Assembly (NCBI GenBank): GCA_947458545.1
Contig: CANGYH010000003.1
Location: 101,809-165,808 of the forward strand
DNA length: 64,000 bases
From: Cytophagaceae bacterium
GTDB taxonomy: Bacteria > Bacteroidota > Bacteroidia > Cytophagales > Flexibacteraceae
Direction of reading: 5' to 3'
Part shown: positions 26,597 through 37,928 of the stretch, in pieces
Layout of the letters: every line of letters starts with the position of its first letter
Position numbering within the stretch: position 1 is the stretch's first letter
Program-made: the position numbers and the translations under genes
The notes under the pieces: model-generated
The model's input: only the letters and a program-made list of their open reading frames with translations
Database searches by the model: none
What the model was told of the DNA's origin: nothing

Positions 26597-28510
26597 ATGG
26601 CAGCCCAAACCGAGATAAATCCGGCAAAGACAGACCAAGCAGAGGCAGACCAGGCAAAGACAGGCCAGGCAAACGAGCCACCGAAATTTCAACTGGCGCT
26701 GGTGATGGCCGGTGCCGTCTCGGCAGGCGCTTACACGCAGGGCGTGCTCGATTTCCTGTTTGAGGCCTTGGAGGCTTGGCAAGAAGCCTATGCCTCAAAC
26801 CCGGGCGGCGTCCCCAAACCAAACCTGGAGATTAAGGTCATCACCGGGGCCTCGGCCGGGGGTATTTGCGCGGCCATGCTGGCCCTCAGAAGTGCCAGCC
26901 GCTGGGAGCCCGTGCGGCCCTCGGCGCAGTCGTTGCGCGAGCAAGACGTCTATTTGCACGACTACCTGCCACAAGACTGGGCCAGCAACGGCCAAAACCC
27001 CGGCTACGATGCCTGGGTAAAGCAGATTGACATCTTGCCCCTGCTCGGCCTTGCAGACCTGCCCGCCATGCCCGAGGCGCAGGTTTGGAGCCTGCTAGAC
27101 AGCACCGCCCTAGACACCATTGCCCACCAGACCTTTGCTACCTCTACCGGCAACCGCCGCAGGCCGTACTGGGCTCCGCAGGTGCAACTGGCCCTCACGC
27201 TGACGAGCCACCTGGGCGCACCGTTCGACCTTAAGTTTCCTGGTACGGGCCAGGGGCAGTTTGGTATGCGCCGCCATGCAGACTATGCCCGCTTCTGCCT
27301 TACAGAGGCTGGTGCCGGGCAAGGGGGCCTTTTGCCGGCAAGTGGTGCCTATACCTTGCCGTTGCCGGCGCAGCCCGGGCCCGTGGCGGGCCTGGGCTGG
27401 CAGTTGCTGCAAGAGGCGGCGCTGGCCACGAGCGCTTTTCCGGCCGGGCTGCGGGCCCGTACGATAGACCGCCGCCTGGCTGCAGAGTGGAACCTGCGCA
27501 ACACCTACACCCAGCTAGACCCAGCCACAGACTGCCACTGCGCCAACGCACGGCTGCAGCAAGGCCAGGTGCGCCCACCCACCTGGGCCCTGGGCGACGC
27601 CGACCCCTACGTAAGCCTATACTCAGACGGTGGCGTGCTCAACAACGAGCCCTTCGACCTGGCCGAGCGGCTGCTGCTGGCAGGCAAAGCGGATACTGCC
27701 TTTTTGGAGCAAGACCCCGCCAAGGCCTGGGGCACCGTATTGATGATTGACCCCTTTGGTATCGGCGAGCCGTTTGACCCCAAGGCCGAAACCGACTCTG
27801 CCACCGGCCGTGCCAAGCAGGCACATCTAGACCTGCTGCACCTGGCGCCGAGTCTGTTTACGGCCATGCGGCGGCAGAATCTCTACAAGCCAGACGTGCT
27901 GGCCAGCGCCGCCAACCCCAGCGACATGCGCCGGTTTTTGATTGCCCCCAAGCGCAAGCTGCTGGTTGATAAGGCAGCCAACACCCGGGGCCTGACGGCC
28001 GAAAGCGTGGGCGAGCCCTCGCTGGCCAGTACCGCGCTTGGGGCGTTTGGCGGCTTTTTATTTGAAGCCTACCGTGTGCACGACTATCAGCTTGGGCGGC
28101 ATAATGCCTACAAGTTTTTCAGCGAGCACTTTGCCATGCCTGCCGAGGCCGCTGCTCAAAACCCGCTCTTTGCAGGCAGGCCTGCTACCGGGGCCGAGGT
28201 GCCCCTGCTGCCGCTCTATGGCACAGCCGCCCAGCCCATCTACCCCATGACCTGGCCCACCGGCCTACGTACCCGACAGGCCGACCGCTACGAGCAGATT
28301 TTTAACATGGCAGGCAAACGTGCAGACATACTGCTTGACAAAATTACCAATCGCCTCGTAGAGGGTAAGGACATAAACTGGCGTCCACGGACTTGGATTT
28401 CTCTGGCTGAAAAAATTTACCTCATCCCATTGAGGCGGCGGTTGAAGTCTAAGGCGCGCAAGGCCCTACGCACTTGGGTAGACGAACAGCTCGATCGATA
28501 CAACCTCTAG
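26597..28510 (+). CDS. Patatin-like phospholipase family protein with a long C-terminal extension
   Basis: Oxyanion region LALVMAGAVSAGAY, nucleophile elbow GASAGG (GxSxG) and catalytic Asp motif YSDGGVLNNEPF. About 300 aa after the dyad are unassigned. The N-terminus has 5-aa repeats (KTDQA/EADQA/KTGQA) encoded by imperfect 15-bp repeats. Confidence 0.8.
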   Translation: MAAQTEINPAKTDQAEADQAKTGQANEPPKFQLALVMAGAVSAGAYTQGVLDFLFEALEAWQEAYASNPGGVPKPNLEIKVITGASAGGICAAMLALRSASRWEPVRPSAQSLREQDVYLHDYLPQDWASNGQNPGYDAWVKQIDILPLLGLADLPAMPEAQVWSLLDSTALDTIAHQTFATSTGNRRRPYWAPQVQLALTLTSHLGAPFDLKFPGTGQGQFGMRRHADYARFCLTEAGAGQGGLLPASGAYTLPLPAQPGPVAGLGWQLLQEAALATSAFPAGLRARTIDRRLAAEWNLRNTYTQLDPATDCHCANARLQQGQVRPPTWALGDADPYVSLYSDGGVLNNEPFDLAERLLLAGKADTAFLEQDPAKAWGTVLMIDPFGIGEPFDPKAETDSATGRAKQAHLDLLHLAPSLFTAMRRQNLYKPDVLASAANPSDMRRFLIAPKRKLLVDKAANTRGLTAESVGEPSLASTALGAFGGFLFEAYRVHDYQLGRHNAYKFFSEHFAMPAEAAAQNPLFAGRPATGAEVPLLPLYGTAAQPIYPMTWPTGLRTRQADRYEQIFNMAGKRADILLDKITNRLVEGKDINWRPRTWISLAEKIYLIPLRRRLKSKARKALRTWVDEQLDRYNL

Positions 28511-28558
28511 CAGTGCCCACTACTTAATTTTTAATTCCTAATTTTTAATTTAATAAAA

Positions 28559-29059
28559 ATGTCTGTTTTGCTTCGGGTGGCGCGATATCAAAGCATGCCG
28601 CAGCATACGTTGGGCCGCCTTTGGGTGCAGGGCCGGGCAGAGGGCTACACGCTCGAGGATCCGGTGCGGCAGGGGCCAAAGGTGCCTGGCCGCACGGCCA
28701 TCCCGGCCGGAGTTTATCGGTTGGGGGTGCGGCACTCGCCAAGGTTTTCGGCCCGGTTTTTATGGAGCGAGCAGGGGCAGCGCCTGGTAGGCGCCGGGCA
28801 GCAAACGCGCTACCCCCACTTGGCAGACTGGCAGCCCCACCTGTTGCTAGAGCTTGAGGACGTACCTCAGTTTACGCACATCCTGATCCACCCCGGCAAC
28901 ACTGTTGCCGACACAGAGGGCTGCCTGCTGGTTGGGGCAAGGCCGGGTACTTTACACGGGCAGGTGGCTGTACTGCAAAGCCGGGCCTACTACCAGCGGC
29001 TATACCGCCGCATCTTTCCGCTGGTGCGCCAGGGCGGCTGCCAGATAGAGATAGGGTAG
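28559..29059 (+). CDS. DUF5675 family protein
   Basis: The pattern GRLWV...YTLEDP...IPAGVYRL...SPRF...LELEDVPQFTHILIHPGNTVADTEGCLLVG matches my recollection of DUF5675 (IHxGNxxxDTxGCIL). It lies 48 nt downstream of the patatin gene on the same strand. Confidence 0.65.
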   Translation: MSVLLRVARYQSMPQHTLGRLWVQGRAEGYTLEDPVRQGPKVPGRTAIPAGVYRLGVRHSPRFSARFLWSEQGQRLVGAGQQTRYPHLADWQPHLLLELEDVPQFTHILIHPGNTVADTEGCLLVGARPGTLHGQVAVLQSRAYYQRLYRRIFPLVRQGGCQIEIG

Positions 29060-29115
29060 GCAAGCAGGCGGCCGCGCCTTTTTCTGGCGGAATGTATGGC
29101 GTACCTTAGCTCCTC

Positions 29116-31065
29116 ATGTCGCAGGTGCCCGTGCTCAACCCTTTGCAGGTGCTGCAGCAGTACTTCCGCTACCCCTACTTTCGGCCGGGGCAGCAAGAGG
29201 TGGTGCAGGCCGTGCTGGCCGGGCAAGATGCGCTGGCCTTGCTGCCGACGGGCGGGGGCAAGTCGCTCTGCTACCAGGTGCCGGCGCTTTGCAAGCCAGG
29301 GCTTTGCATCGTTGTATCGCCGCTGGTGGCGCTGATGCGAGACCAGGTAGAGCGCCTCCGCAGCCTGGGCATACCGGCCTACGCCTTGCATGCCGGCCAG
29401 CAGGCCTACGAGCAAGGGCAGATTTTTGAGCGCTGCATCAACCCCGTAGAGGGCCAGCCCAAGGTGAAGTTGCTCTACCTAAGCCCCGAGCGGCTGGAGT
29501 CTGACATCGTCCGCGAGCGCATCAGCCAGATGCATGTAAACCTGCTAGCTGTAGACGAGGCGCACTGCATCAGCCAATGGGGGCACGAGTTCCGCCCCAG
29601 CTACCGCAAACTTGCCGAGCTGCGCGCGCTCTTGCGCCCCGGCACGCCCTGCCTCGCGCTGACGGCGAGCGCCACCCCGCGTGTGGCAGCTGACATCCGT
29701 GCCGAGCTTGCCTTTGGCCCGGCGGCGGCCACCTTCGAGCAGAGTTTTCATCGGCCCAATCTGTCGCTATCGGCCCGGTATGCCGAGGACAAGGTGGCCA
29801 AGCTGGTAGAGATTCTGCGGGCGGTGCCGGGCACGGCGCTGGTCTACGCCCGCAGCCGTATGCTCTGCCAGCAAACGGCAGAGGCCCTCAGCAAGGCAGG
29901 CCTGCAGGCCGAGTACTTCCACGCTGGGTTGCCCTTGGCCCGCCGCGGGCAGGTGCAAGACCGTTGGATGGCAGGCCGCACGCGCATTGTGGTGGCCACC
30001 ACCGCCTTTGGCATGGGTATAGACAAGGCCGACGTCCGCCTGGTGGCCCACCTGGGCCTGCCCGAGAGCCCCGAAGCCTACTACCAAGAGGCAGGCCGCG
30101 CCGGCCGCGACGCGCAACGCAGCTATGCCGTGCTGATTTACAACCGGGCAGACCTGGCCCTGGCCGTCCGCCGCGTAGAAGATGCCTATCCCGAGGCTGA
30201 CTTTATCCGCCGCGTTTATCAGGCCATGGCCAACTTCTTACAGATACCCATCGGCCTCGGGTTTATGGAGAGTTACCCTTTCGACCTGGATCGCTTTCAG
30301 GGTGTGTATGCTTTCCCGGGCCGTGCCTTGGCCGGCGCGCTAGACCGGCTGGAAGGTGCCGGGCTCATTGCCCGCACAGAGAGTTACCGGGCCCCGGCCA
30401 AGTTGCAGTTTTTGGTCAGCTTCGAGCAGCTCTACGAGCATCAGATGCTGCACCCGGCCACCGAGCCATTGCTCAAAACCTTGCTGCGGTTGTACGGCGG
30501 CGAGCTTTTTTCTGACGCCACCTCCATCTCTGAGCAGCGCCTGGCCCTGGCCTTGGGGCTAGACGTGCGCACCCTGGCCCGGATGCTGCAAGCGCTGGCC
30601 AAGCAAAACCTGCTGGCCTACACACCACCTGCCGAGCAGCCCCAGATTACCCTGCTTACGCCCCGCTACGCCCCAGAAGAGCTACCCCTGCGTGCCCAAA
30701 ACCTAGACCAGCGCCGCCTGCAAGACCTGGCCCGCGCCGAGGCCATGGTCTCTATGGTGGCCGAGCCCGAGGCCTGCCGCATGGTACGCCTGGTGGGTTA
30801 CTTCGGCCAGACGCTGCCGCGCCTTTGCGGTATCTGCGACAATTGTCTGCGCCGCAAAAAAGCCGAGCAGGGCGGCGCACCAACCCCAGCCCGCACTTTA
30901 GCCCGCGTGCAAGAGGTACTTGCCGCAGGCGAGGAGCTGGCCATCGGGGCCGTTATCCAGGCACTGCCCAGCTGCAAGGTAGAAGAGATCCTGACGGCGC
31001 TGCGGGCCCTAGCCCAGGAGGGGGCAGTTCAAATCGCTGATGGCAAAGTTCGGCGAAGCGTATAA
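29116..31065 (+). CDS. recQ: RecQ-family ATP-dependent DNA helicase
   Basis: FRPGQQEVV, Walker A PTGGGKS, DEAHCISQWGHEFRPSY, TATA, VATTAFGMGIDK, and a Zn-binding C-x-C cluster CGICDNC near the C-terminus. Confidence 0.9.
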   Translation: MSQVPVLNPLQVLQQYFRYPYFRPGQQEVVQAVLAGQDALALLPTGGGKSLCYQVPALCKPGLCIVVSPLVALMRDQVERLRSLGIPAYALHAGQQAYEQGQIFERCINPVEGQPKVKLLYLSPERLESDIVRERISQMHVNLLAVDEAHCISQWGHEFRPSYRKLAELRALLRPGTPCLALTASATPRVAADIRAELAFGPAAATFEQSFHRPNLSLSARYAEDKVAKLVEILRAVPGTALVYARSRMLCQQTAEALSKAGLQAEYFHAGLPLARRGQVQDRWMAGRTRIVVATTAFGMGIDKADVRLVAHLGLPESPEAYYQEAGRAGRDAQRSYAVLIYNRADLALAVRRVEDAYPEADFIRRVYQAMANFLQIPIGLGFMESYPFDLDRFQGVYAFPGRALAGALDRLEGAGLIARTESYRAPAKLQFLVSFEQLYEHQMLHPATEPLLKTLLRLYGGELFSDATSISEQRLALALGLDVRTLARMLQALAKQNLLAYTPPAEQPQITLLTPRYAPEELPLRAQNLDQRRLQDLARAEAMVSMVAEPEACRMVRLVGYFGQTLPRLCGICDNCLRRKKAEQGGAPTPARTLARVQEVLAAGEELAIGAVIQALPSCKVEEILTALRALAQEGAVQIADGKVRRSV

Positions 31066-31150
31066 CGTTTGCGGCTAGATTTGCGTAAACTGCCCCGCGC
31101 CCGTGTGTCTGCCAGGTGGCAAGTCACATTGAGGCAGTGTCTTTTACACC

Positions 31151-31807
31151 ATGCCTGTTGCTGTCAATATCTGCCTGCCCTTGCCCCGCGCCTGGGCCAT
31201 AGAGGCCGGCCGCCTCAACGCCCTGTTGCCACAGCAGCCCAACCCGGTGCCTTTGGCAGGGGGGCGTGCGGTGCCGCACATCACGCTGGCCATGGGTACG
31301 GTGGCCAGCGATGCAATGGCAGGCCTTGCGGCCCGCCTCCAGCAGGCGCTTGCTGCCGAATGGCCAACTTTTTTAGCCCCCGTTGACACCTACCTGCGCA
31401 GAGAGCCCGGCGGTATCGATGTCAGCGGTGTGCTGATAGAGCGCTCCAGCAGTTTGCAGCGCCTCCACGAGCGGTGCATGGCTGTGCTTACGGGCCTTGG
31501 TCTGCAGCCCCCCGTCTTAGAGGCCATAGATGCCGATGGCGAGGCGGTAAACCCGGCAACGCTTACGCTGCTGCACAACTTTAGCCAACGCGGCTGTTAT
31601 GGGGCCTTTTTCCCCCACATCACCCTAGGTTTAGGCGCACTGGCCGAGGGCGATTTTTTTGCCGAGGGCCCGGCCGAGCTTCGTCATGTTGCTGTTTACA
31701 CCCTGGGCAATCTATGCAGTTGCCGCCAAGAGCTCTTCCGCATGGAGCTAGGCGCCATCCGCCCTTTGGCTACGGCACCCATACAGCGACCTGTGGGCAT
31801 CAATTGA
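31151..31807 (+). CDS. 2H phosphoesterase superfamily protein (LigT/2'-5' RNA ligase-like)
   Basis: Two HxTx motifs in the expected spacing, VPHITLAMG and FPHITLGLG. Confidence 0.6.
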   Translation: MPVAVNICLPLPRAWAIEAGRLNALLPQQPNPVPLAGGRAVPHITLAMGTVASDAMAGLAARLQQALAAEWPTFLAPVDTYLRREPGGIDVSGVLIERSSSLQRLHERCMAVLTGLGLQPPVLEAIDADGEAVNPATLTLLHNFSQRGCYGAFFPHITLGLGALAEGDFFAEGPAELRHVAVYTLGNLCSCRQELFRMELGAIRPLATAPIQRPVGIN

Positions 31808-31822
31808 TAGGCTATCCAAAGA

Positions 31823-31882
31823 CCTGTATTCATTAAAACCAAAAGCTTCTGTAAAGAGGCTTTTGGTTTTAATGAATACAGG
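31823..31882. terminator. Long bidirectional terminator hairpin between convergent genes
   Basis: cctgtattcattaaaaccaaaagc-ttctgtaaagag-gcttttggttttaatgaatacagg (24-bp stem). It lies between the 2H gene stop and the hutU stop. Confidence 0.8.
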
Positions 31883-31889
31883 TGCCAGA

Positions 31890-33584
31890 TTACTTTATCC
31901 GCAGGCCAAAACGGTCGGCCCACTCGGCGGCGCGGTCGTAGCCGGCGTCCAGGTGGCGGAAAACGCCCATGGCCGGGTCGTTGTAGAGTACGCGGCGCAG
32001 GCACTGGTCGGCCCGGTCAGACCCGTCGGCCACGACTACCATGCCTGCGTGCTGGCTGTAGCCCATACCTACGCCGCCCCCGTGGTGGAAGCTGACCCAA
32101 CTGGCACCGCCGCTGGCATTGCTCAGCAGGTTGAGCAGGGGCCAGTCGCTCACGGCGTCGGTGCCGTCTAGCATGGCCTCGGTCTCGCGGTTGGGGCTGG
32201 CTACCGAGCCGCAGTCGAGGTGGTCTCGCCCGATGACGATGGGGGCCGAGAGGTGGCCATCGCGCACCATCTGGTTGAAGAGCAGCCCGGCCTTCTCGCG
32301 CTCGCCCATGCCCAGCCAGCAGATGCGGGCCGGCAGGCCCTGGAAGGCCACCCGCTCGCGGGCACCTTTGAGCCAGGTATGCAGGCTCTTGTGCTCGGGG
32401 AAGAGCTCCATCAGGGCTTCGTCGGTGCGGTAGATGTCCTCAGGGTCTCCAGAGAGGGCAACCCAGCGGAAGGGCCCGCGCCCTTCGCAGAACTGGGGCC
32501 GGATGTAGGCAGGCACAAAGCCGGGGAAGTCGAAGGCATGCTCGATGCCGGCCTGCTTGGCATAGGCGCGGATGTTGTTGCCATAGTCAAACGTGATGGC
32601 GCCGCGCTTTTGCATCTCCAGCATGTAGTGGACGTGGCGGCCCATGCTCTCGATAGACAATTGCTCGTAGCGCTTGGGGTCGCTCTTGCGCAGGGCGGTG
32701 GCCTCTTCCAGGCTCATGCCGTGGGGCACGTAGCCGTTGAGTGGGTCGTGGGCGCTGGTCTGGTCTGTTAGGATGTCGGGGATGCGTCCTTCTGCCAGCA
32801 TGCGCTCCAGCACGTCTCCTGCATCGGCCACCAGGCCAATAGAGATGGCCTCTCCGGCGGCACGGTGGGCATCGGCCCAGGCCATGGCTTCTTCGTAGCT
32901 GTGGGTGTACTTGTCTAGGTACCGGGTCTGGATCCGCTTTTGGATGCGGCTCTCATCTACGTCTATCCCTAAAAAGGTGGCACCTGCCAGGGTGGCAGCC
33001 AGGGGTTGTGCGCCGCCCATGCCGCCCAGGCCGGCCGTTACCAGCAGCTTGCCGCGCAGGTTGCCGCCAAAGTGTTGCTTGCCGCATTCTACAAACGTCT
33101 CGTAGGTGCCTTGCAAGATGCCTTGCGTCCCGATGTAGATCCACGAGCCGGCCGTCATCTGGCCGTACATCATCAGGCCCCGCTCGCGCAGGTTGTTGAA
33201 GTGCTCCCAGGTGGCCCATTGGGGCACCAGGTTAGAGTTGGCTATCAGCACCCGGGGCGCCTGCGCATGTGTTCGGACTATTCCAACAGGCTTGCCGCTT
33301 TGCACCAGCAGCGAGTGCTCTTCGTCTATCTCCATCAAGACTTTGACGATGCGCTCTAGGCTCTGCCGGTCTCTGGCGGCCTGGCCGATGCCGCCGTACA
33401 CCACCAGCTCGGCGGGGTTTTCGGCCACCTCGTCATCGAGGTTGTTGAGCAGCATGCGGATGGCTGCCTCGGCGGGCCAGTTTTTGGCGTGGAGCTGGTT
33501 GCCGCGTGGGGCCCGGTAGTGGGGGTGGGCGGCGTACTCGGCCAGCAGGGCTTCGGCGGTCATGGGGGCGGTCTCGGTCAGCAT
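31890..33584 (-). CDS. hutU: Urocanate hydratase
   Basis: 564 aa. [14 protein letters not shown]...[12 protein letters not shown]...[10 protein letters not shown] is the characteristic urocanase NAD-binding region. Confidence 0.9.
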   Translation of the reverse strand: MLTETAPMTAEALLAEYAAHPHYRAPRGNQLHAKNWPAEAAIRMLLNNLDDEVAENPAELVVYGGIGQAARDRQSLERIVKVLMEIDEEHSLLVQSGKPVGIVRTHAQAPRVLIANSNLVPQWATWEHFNNLRERGLMMYGQMTAGSWIYIGTQGILQGTYETFVECGKQHFGGNLRGKLLVTAGLGGMGGAQPLAATLAGATFLGIDVDESRIQKRIQTRYLDKYTHSYEEAMAWADAHRAAGEAISIGLVADAGDVLERMLAEGRIPDILTDQTSAHDPLNGYVPHGMSLEEATALRKSDPKRYEQLSIESMGRHVHYMLEMQKRGAITFDYGNNIRAYAKQAGIEHAFDFPGFVPAYIRPQFCEGRGPFRWVALSGDPEDIYRTDEALMELFPEHKSLHTWLKGARERVAFQGLPARICWLGMGEREKAGLLFNQMVRDGHLSAPIVIGRDHLDCGSVASPNRETEAMLDGTDAVSDWPLLNLLSNASGGASWVSFHHGGGVGMGYSQHAGMVVVADGSDRADQCLRRVLYNDPAMGVFRHLDAGYDRAAEWADRFGLRIK

Positions 33585-33741
33585 GGTGTGTGCGTTGCGG
33601 GTGTCTTGCGCGTAGGCGTAGGCTTTTTAACCTCACGAAGATACCTTAACCGCCACAATGGGGGCAAGGGTTTTGGCGCACGGCGTGTATTGCCTAGCAG
33701 GCAACCAGATGGAAGCCGATGTTGCCAGGTAGATTAGACAA

Positions 33742-33758
33742 AAGTCTATAAAAGACTT
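33742..33758. promoter_or_regulatory. Short palindrome aagtct-N5-agactt upstream of the RES-Xre operon; candidate antitoxin operator
   Basis: aagtctataaaagactt lies 34 nt upstream of ATG 33792 in an AT-rich promoter-like stretch. Confidence 0.3.
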
Positions 33759-33791
33759 GACAATTGGCCTATTGTTGCGTAGTATTGTGGT

Positions 33792-34265
33792 ATGGATGCG
33801 CACAAAAAGTACGAGGAGGCACTGCCAGACGAACGCATCTATCCGGCTGATGCGTCCTTTTCTGAAGGCTTTTTGGCCCAAGAGCCCATGGCGGCCTACC
33901 AGCCTAGCTTCATGAGCCGGATTATGCATGGGCTGCCGGGGGCTTATCTCTCGCAGTTGCAGGCCAGGCTAGGGGCCAGCCAGGCCGAGCTGGCTGATTT
34001 GTTGCATGTGTCGGTTAAGTCTCTGCACCGATATGCAGACGATACCCACCTGGATACTGCCACCTCTGAGCGTATCCTCCTCTTAGAGGATCTGGCCCGG
34101 TTTGGCCAAGAGGTTTTGGGCTCTGCCGATCATTTTAAGCAGTGGCTGCGCCGCCCCAACCGGACGCTTGGCGGCGTGGCGCCTTTTGCCGTGCTGAAGG
34201 CCTTTACGGGCATCGTCGCCGTGAAAGACCAGCTCGGCCGCATTCAACATGGCGTTTATGCCTAA
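33792..34265 (+). CDS. Type II antitoxin, Xre/MbcA/ParS-like (DUF2384 C-terminal toxin-binding domain)
   Basis: SERILLLEDLARFGQEVLGSADHFKQWLRRPNRTLGGVAPFAVLKAFTGIVAVKDQLGRIQHGVY is the DUF2384 signature region. It lies immediately upstream of a RES gene. Confidence 0.8.
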   Translation: MDAHKKYEEALPDERIYPADASFSEGFLAQEPMAAYQPSFMSRIMHGLPGAYLSQLQARLGASQAELADLLHVSVKSLHRYADDTHLDTATSERILLLEDLARFGQEVLGSADHFKQWLRRPNRTLGGVAPFAVLKAFTGIVAVKDQLGRIQHGVYA

Positions 34266-34274
34266 GGGTGGTGT

Positions 34275-34730
34275 ATGTTGCTGTATAGGGTAGGGGCGGG
34301 GGTGTATGCCAGGTCTTTGTCTGGCGAGGGGGCGCGGCTTTATGGCGGGCGGTGGAACCCCAAGGGGGTGCCGGTGCTTTACCTCGCTGAGCATCCGGCG
34401 CTGGCATGTCTTGAGTTTTTGGCTGGGGTAGATCCGGCCCTGTTGGCCGATGGTCAGGCTACGTTGCTTGTGCTGGATGCGCCCTTTACCAAAGCCCAGA
34501 TAGAGACCGTGCAGCGCCTACCGCAAGACTGGGCCCAAGAGCCTGCCTCGCCCTCCACACAGGCGGTGGGCCAGGCATGGTGCCAGGCGGGGCGCAAGCC
34601 GCTGCTGCGGGTGCCTACCATTCATGTGCCGCAGGCTTTTAACTATGTACTGAATGTGCAGCATCCGCTGGCGGCTCAACTTAGGGTGGTGCAGGCTGCG
34701 CCTTTTGCCCTGAGCGGCCGTTTGTTGTAG
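34275..34730 (+). CDS. RES family NAD+ phosphorylase toxin (MbcT-like)
   Basis: LYRV...GEGARLYGGRWNPKGVPVLYLAEHPALACLE contains the R...E...S-type RES domain core. There is a 9-nt gap after the antitoxin. Confidence 0.8.
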   Translation: MLLYRVGAGVYARSLSGEGARLYGGRWNPKGVPVLYLAEHPALACLEFLAGVDPALLADGQATLLVLDAPFTKAQIETVQRLPQDWAQEPASPSTQAVGQAWCQAGRKPLLRVPTIHVPQAFNYVLNVQHPLAAQLRVVQAAPFALSGRLL

Positions 34731-34939
34731 CGCGGCACGCGCCCAACAGAAGCATACCTGAAAAAGTTGCAGGCTTGCCCTGTCAGCTTCGGAAATTTTG
34801 ACACGCCCGTCTGCGCTGGCACGGTTATCGTTGCTGGCGCGGGTGTCTCTCGGGATGTCTATGGCGCTGTATCGGTGCCTCGGCCTTGCCTCGGGGGCCA
34901 ATCTACTTTCAACTCCATCTCTTATTTACCTAAAACCTT

Positions 34940-35233
34940 ATGTCTAGCATTTCCTTCAAACCAAGCGCAGACCGTGTGCTGGTGAAGCCTGCCGCTGCTG
35001 AAGAGAAGACCGCTTCCGGCATCATCATCCCGGATACAGCCAAAGAAAAGCCCCAGCGTGGCGAGGTTGTGGCCGTAGGCCCCGGCAAAACGGCCGACAA
35101 TGGTACCCTGGTGGCCCCTCAGCTGCAGGTAGGAGACAAGGTGCTCTACGGTAAATACTCCGGCACCGAGCTCTCTATCGACGGCGTGGATTACCTCATC
35201 ATGAAAGAGTCTGACATCTTCGGCACGCTCTAA
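34940..35233 (+). CDS. groES: Co-chaperonin GroES
   Basis: [44 protein letters not shown]..., 97 aa. Confidence 0.95.
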   Translation: MSSISFKPSADRVLVKPAAAEEKTASGIIIPDTAKEKPQRGEVVAVGPGKTADNGTLVAPQLQVGDKVLYGKYSGTELSIDGVDYLIMKESDIFGTL

Positions 35234-35312
35234 GCCGCCCGGATACCCGTCAGCAAGCTTTTGCTTTTCACGTCTTTTTCTTTTTTCAAAAACTCCATCC
35301 CTTTTTTTCTAA

Positions 35313-36953
<1,641 letters not shown>

Positions 36954-36980
36954 TCGCCTGCGCCCCAAGCTGGCCAAATA

Positions 36981-37010
36981 CAAAGCCCCCCTCGGTTGAG
37001 GGGGGCTTTG
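36981..37010 (+). terminator. groEL terminator hairpin
   Basis: caaagcccccctc-ggtt-gaggggggctttg (13-bp stem), 28 nt after the groEL stop. The AT-rich islet begins immediately after it. Confidence 0.8.
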
Positions 37011-37032
37011 TCTAAAACAAACTTTACTAGAC

Positions 37033-37746
37033 ATGGAAAAATTTACTCACAGTACTCTTTTCTTCGAATCTGTTGAAGAAGACCTTAAAGAGCGTTTAAA
37101 AACGATCAATCATGAGCTGTATCTAAAAATTAAAGATGCTCGCCTTTTTTGTGTTCCTAGTATTGAGTTCGCAGGTAGGTATTTTAGCAGCCTTCGAAAA
37201 AAGAGGTGGCGTAAATGGGCCTATTACGCTGTTCTTTACATTGAATTACCTTTGAAGTTTAGTTTTAAACTCCATTTTTCTGAAATCGAAAAATTGGCAC
37301 TCCTCGATCAGGCACAAGAAGTAATTCCTGACTCTTATGGCTATGATGTTGTAGATGTGCGAGTGGTTATTCCATCCTCTGGAGCGCATATTGTTAAGGT
37401 AGCAGATTCTGACATATTTGATTCAGATGCTTTGGCAGTAATTGAGGCGGCAACAAGTCTTATTGGCAGTCCTAACAACGTCGTAAAGTCAAAAGCTGTG
37501 GCTATCTTAGCTGACTTGGTTGAAGCAATTCGTGAAGATCTAAAAAATCATTTTTCGGACTCAAAGAAGAGTGATAAGTTTTCTGAAAGATTATTCAACG
37601 TATTTAACAATTTTAATATTCGGCATTACAACCTTGCCACAGTGGATAGGCTTACCAATTCTGAGTTAGACTTCATTTTTGGAGTTACGCTAAATCTTTT
37701 AGCCTACTATTATTCGGTTCAATCATCCAAAGCAAAAGCTTCTTGA
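37033..37746 (+). CDS. Orphan hypothetical protein in an AT-rich islet
   Basis: 237-codon ORF in AT-rich DNA with no motif I recognise. It is predicted to be mostly helical with a basic patch SLRKKRWRKW. Confidence 0.55.
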   Translation: MEKFTHSTLFFESVEEDLKERLKTINHELYLKIKDARLFCVPSIEFAGRYFSSLRKKRWRKWAYYAVLYIELPLKFSFKLHFSEIEKLALLDQAQEVIPDSYGYDVVDVRVVIPSSGAHIVKVADSDIFDSDALAVIEAATSLIGSPNNVVKSKAVAILADLVEAIREDLKNHFSDSKKSDKFSERLFNVFNNFNIRHYNLATVDRLTNSELDFIFGVTLNLLAYYYSVQSSKAKAS

Positions 37747-37928
37747 TTCATACTCTTTATTTTGGTTAGATCATACAACCTCACTGTGGTATGTTTCGAT
37801 ACGTTAATCAAACGTTATGGTTCGAGTAATTAGAAAAGTTTAAAAGGTAGGATTTATATCATTACTGTAACGCAGCCGCCAGCTATCATTAAGAGCTAGT
37901 CCAAGGGAAGCTATGGATAATTATCAGG

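Noticed and set aside
26597-31807. Patatin effector plus 2H phosphodiesterase as a CBASS-like signalling system
   Set aside because: No cyclase/nucleotidyltransferase (CD-NTase) or sensor gene is present. The two genes are separated by DUF5675 and a RecQ-family helicase, and all have host-like composition. Only the weaker patatin-DUF5675 pairing was kept as a finding.
34731-34939. CIRCE (TTAGCACTC-N9-GAGTGCTAA) heat-shock operator upstream of groES
   Set aside because: I scanned the 209-nt upstream region and found no match to the CIRCE inverted repeat.
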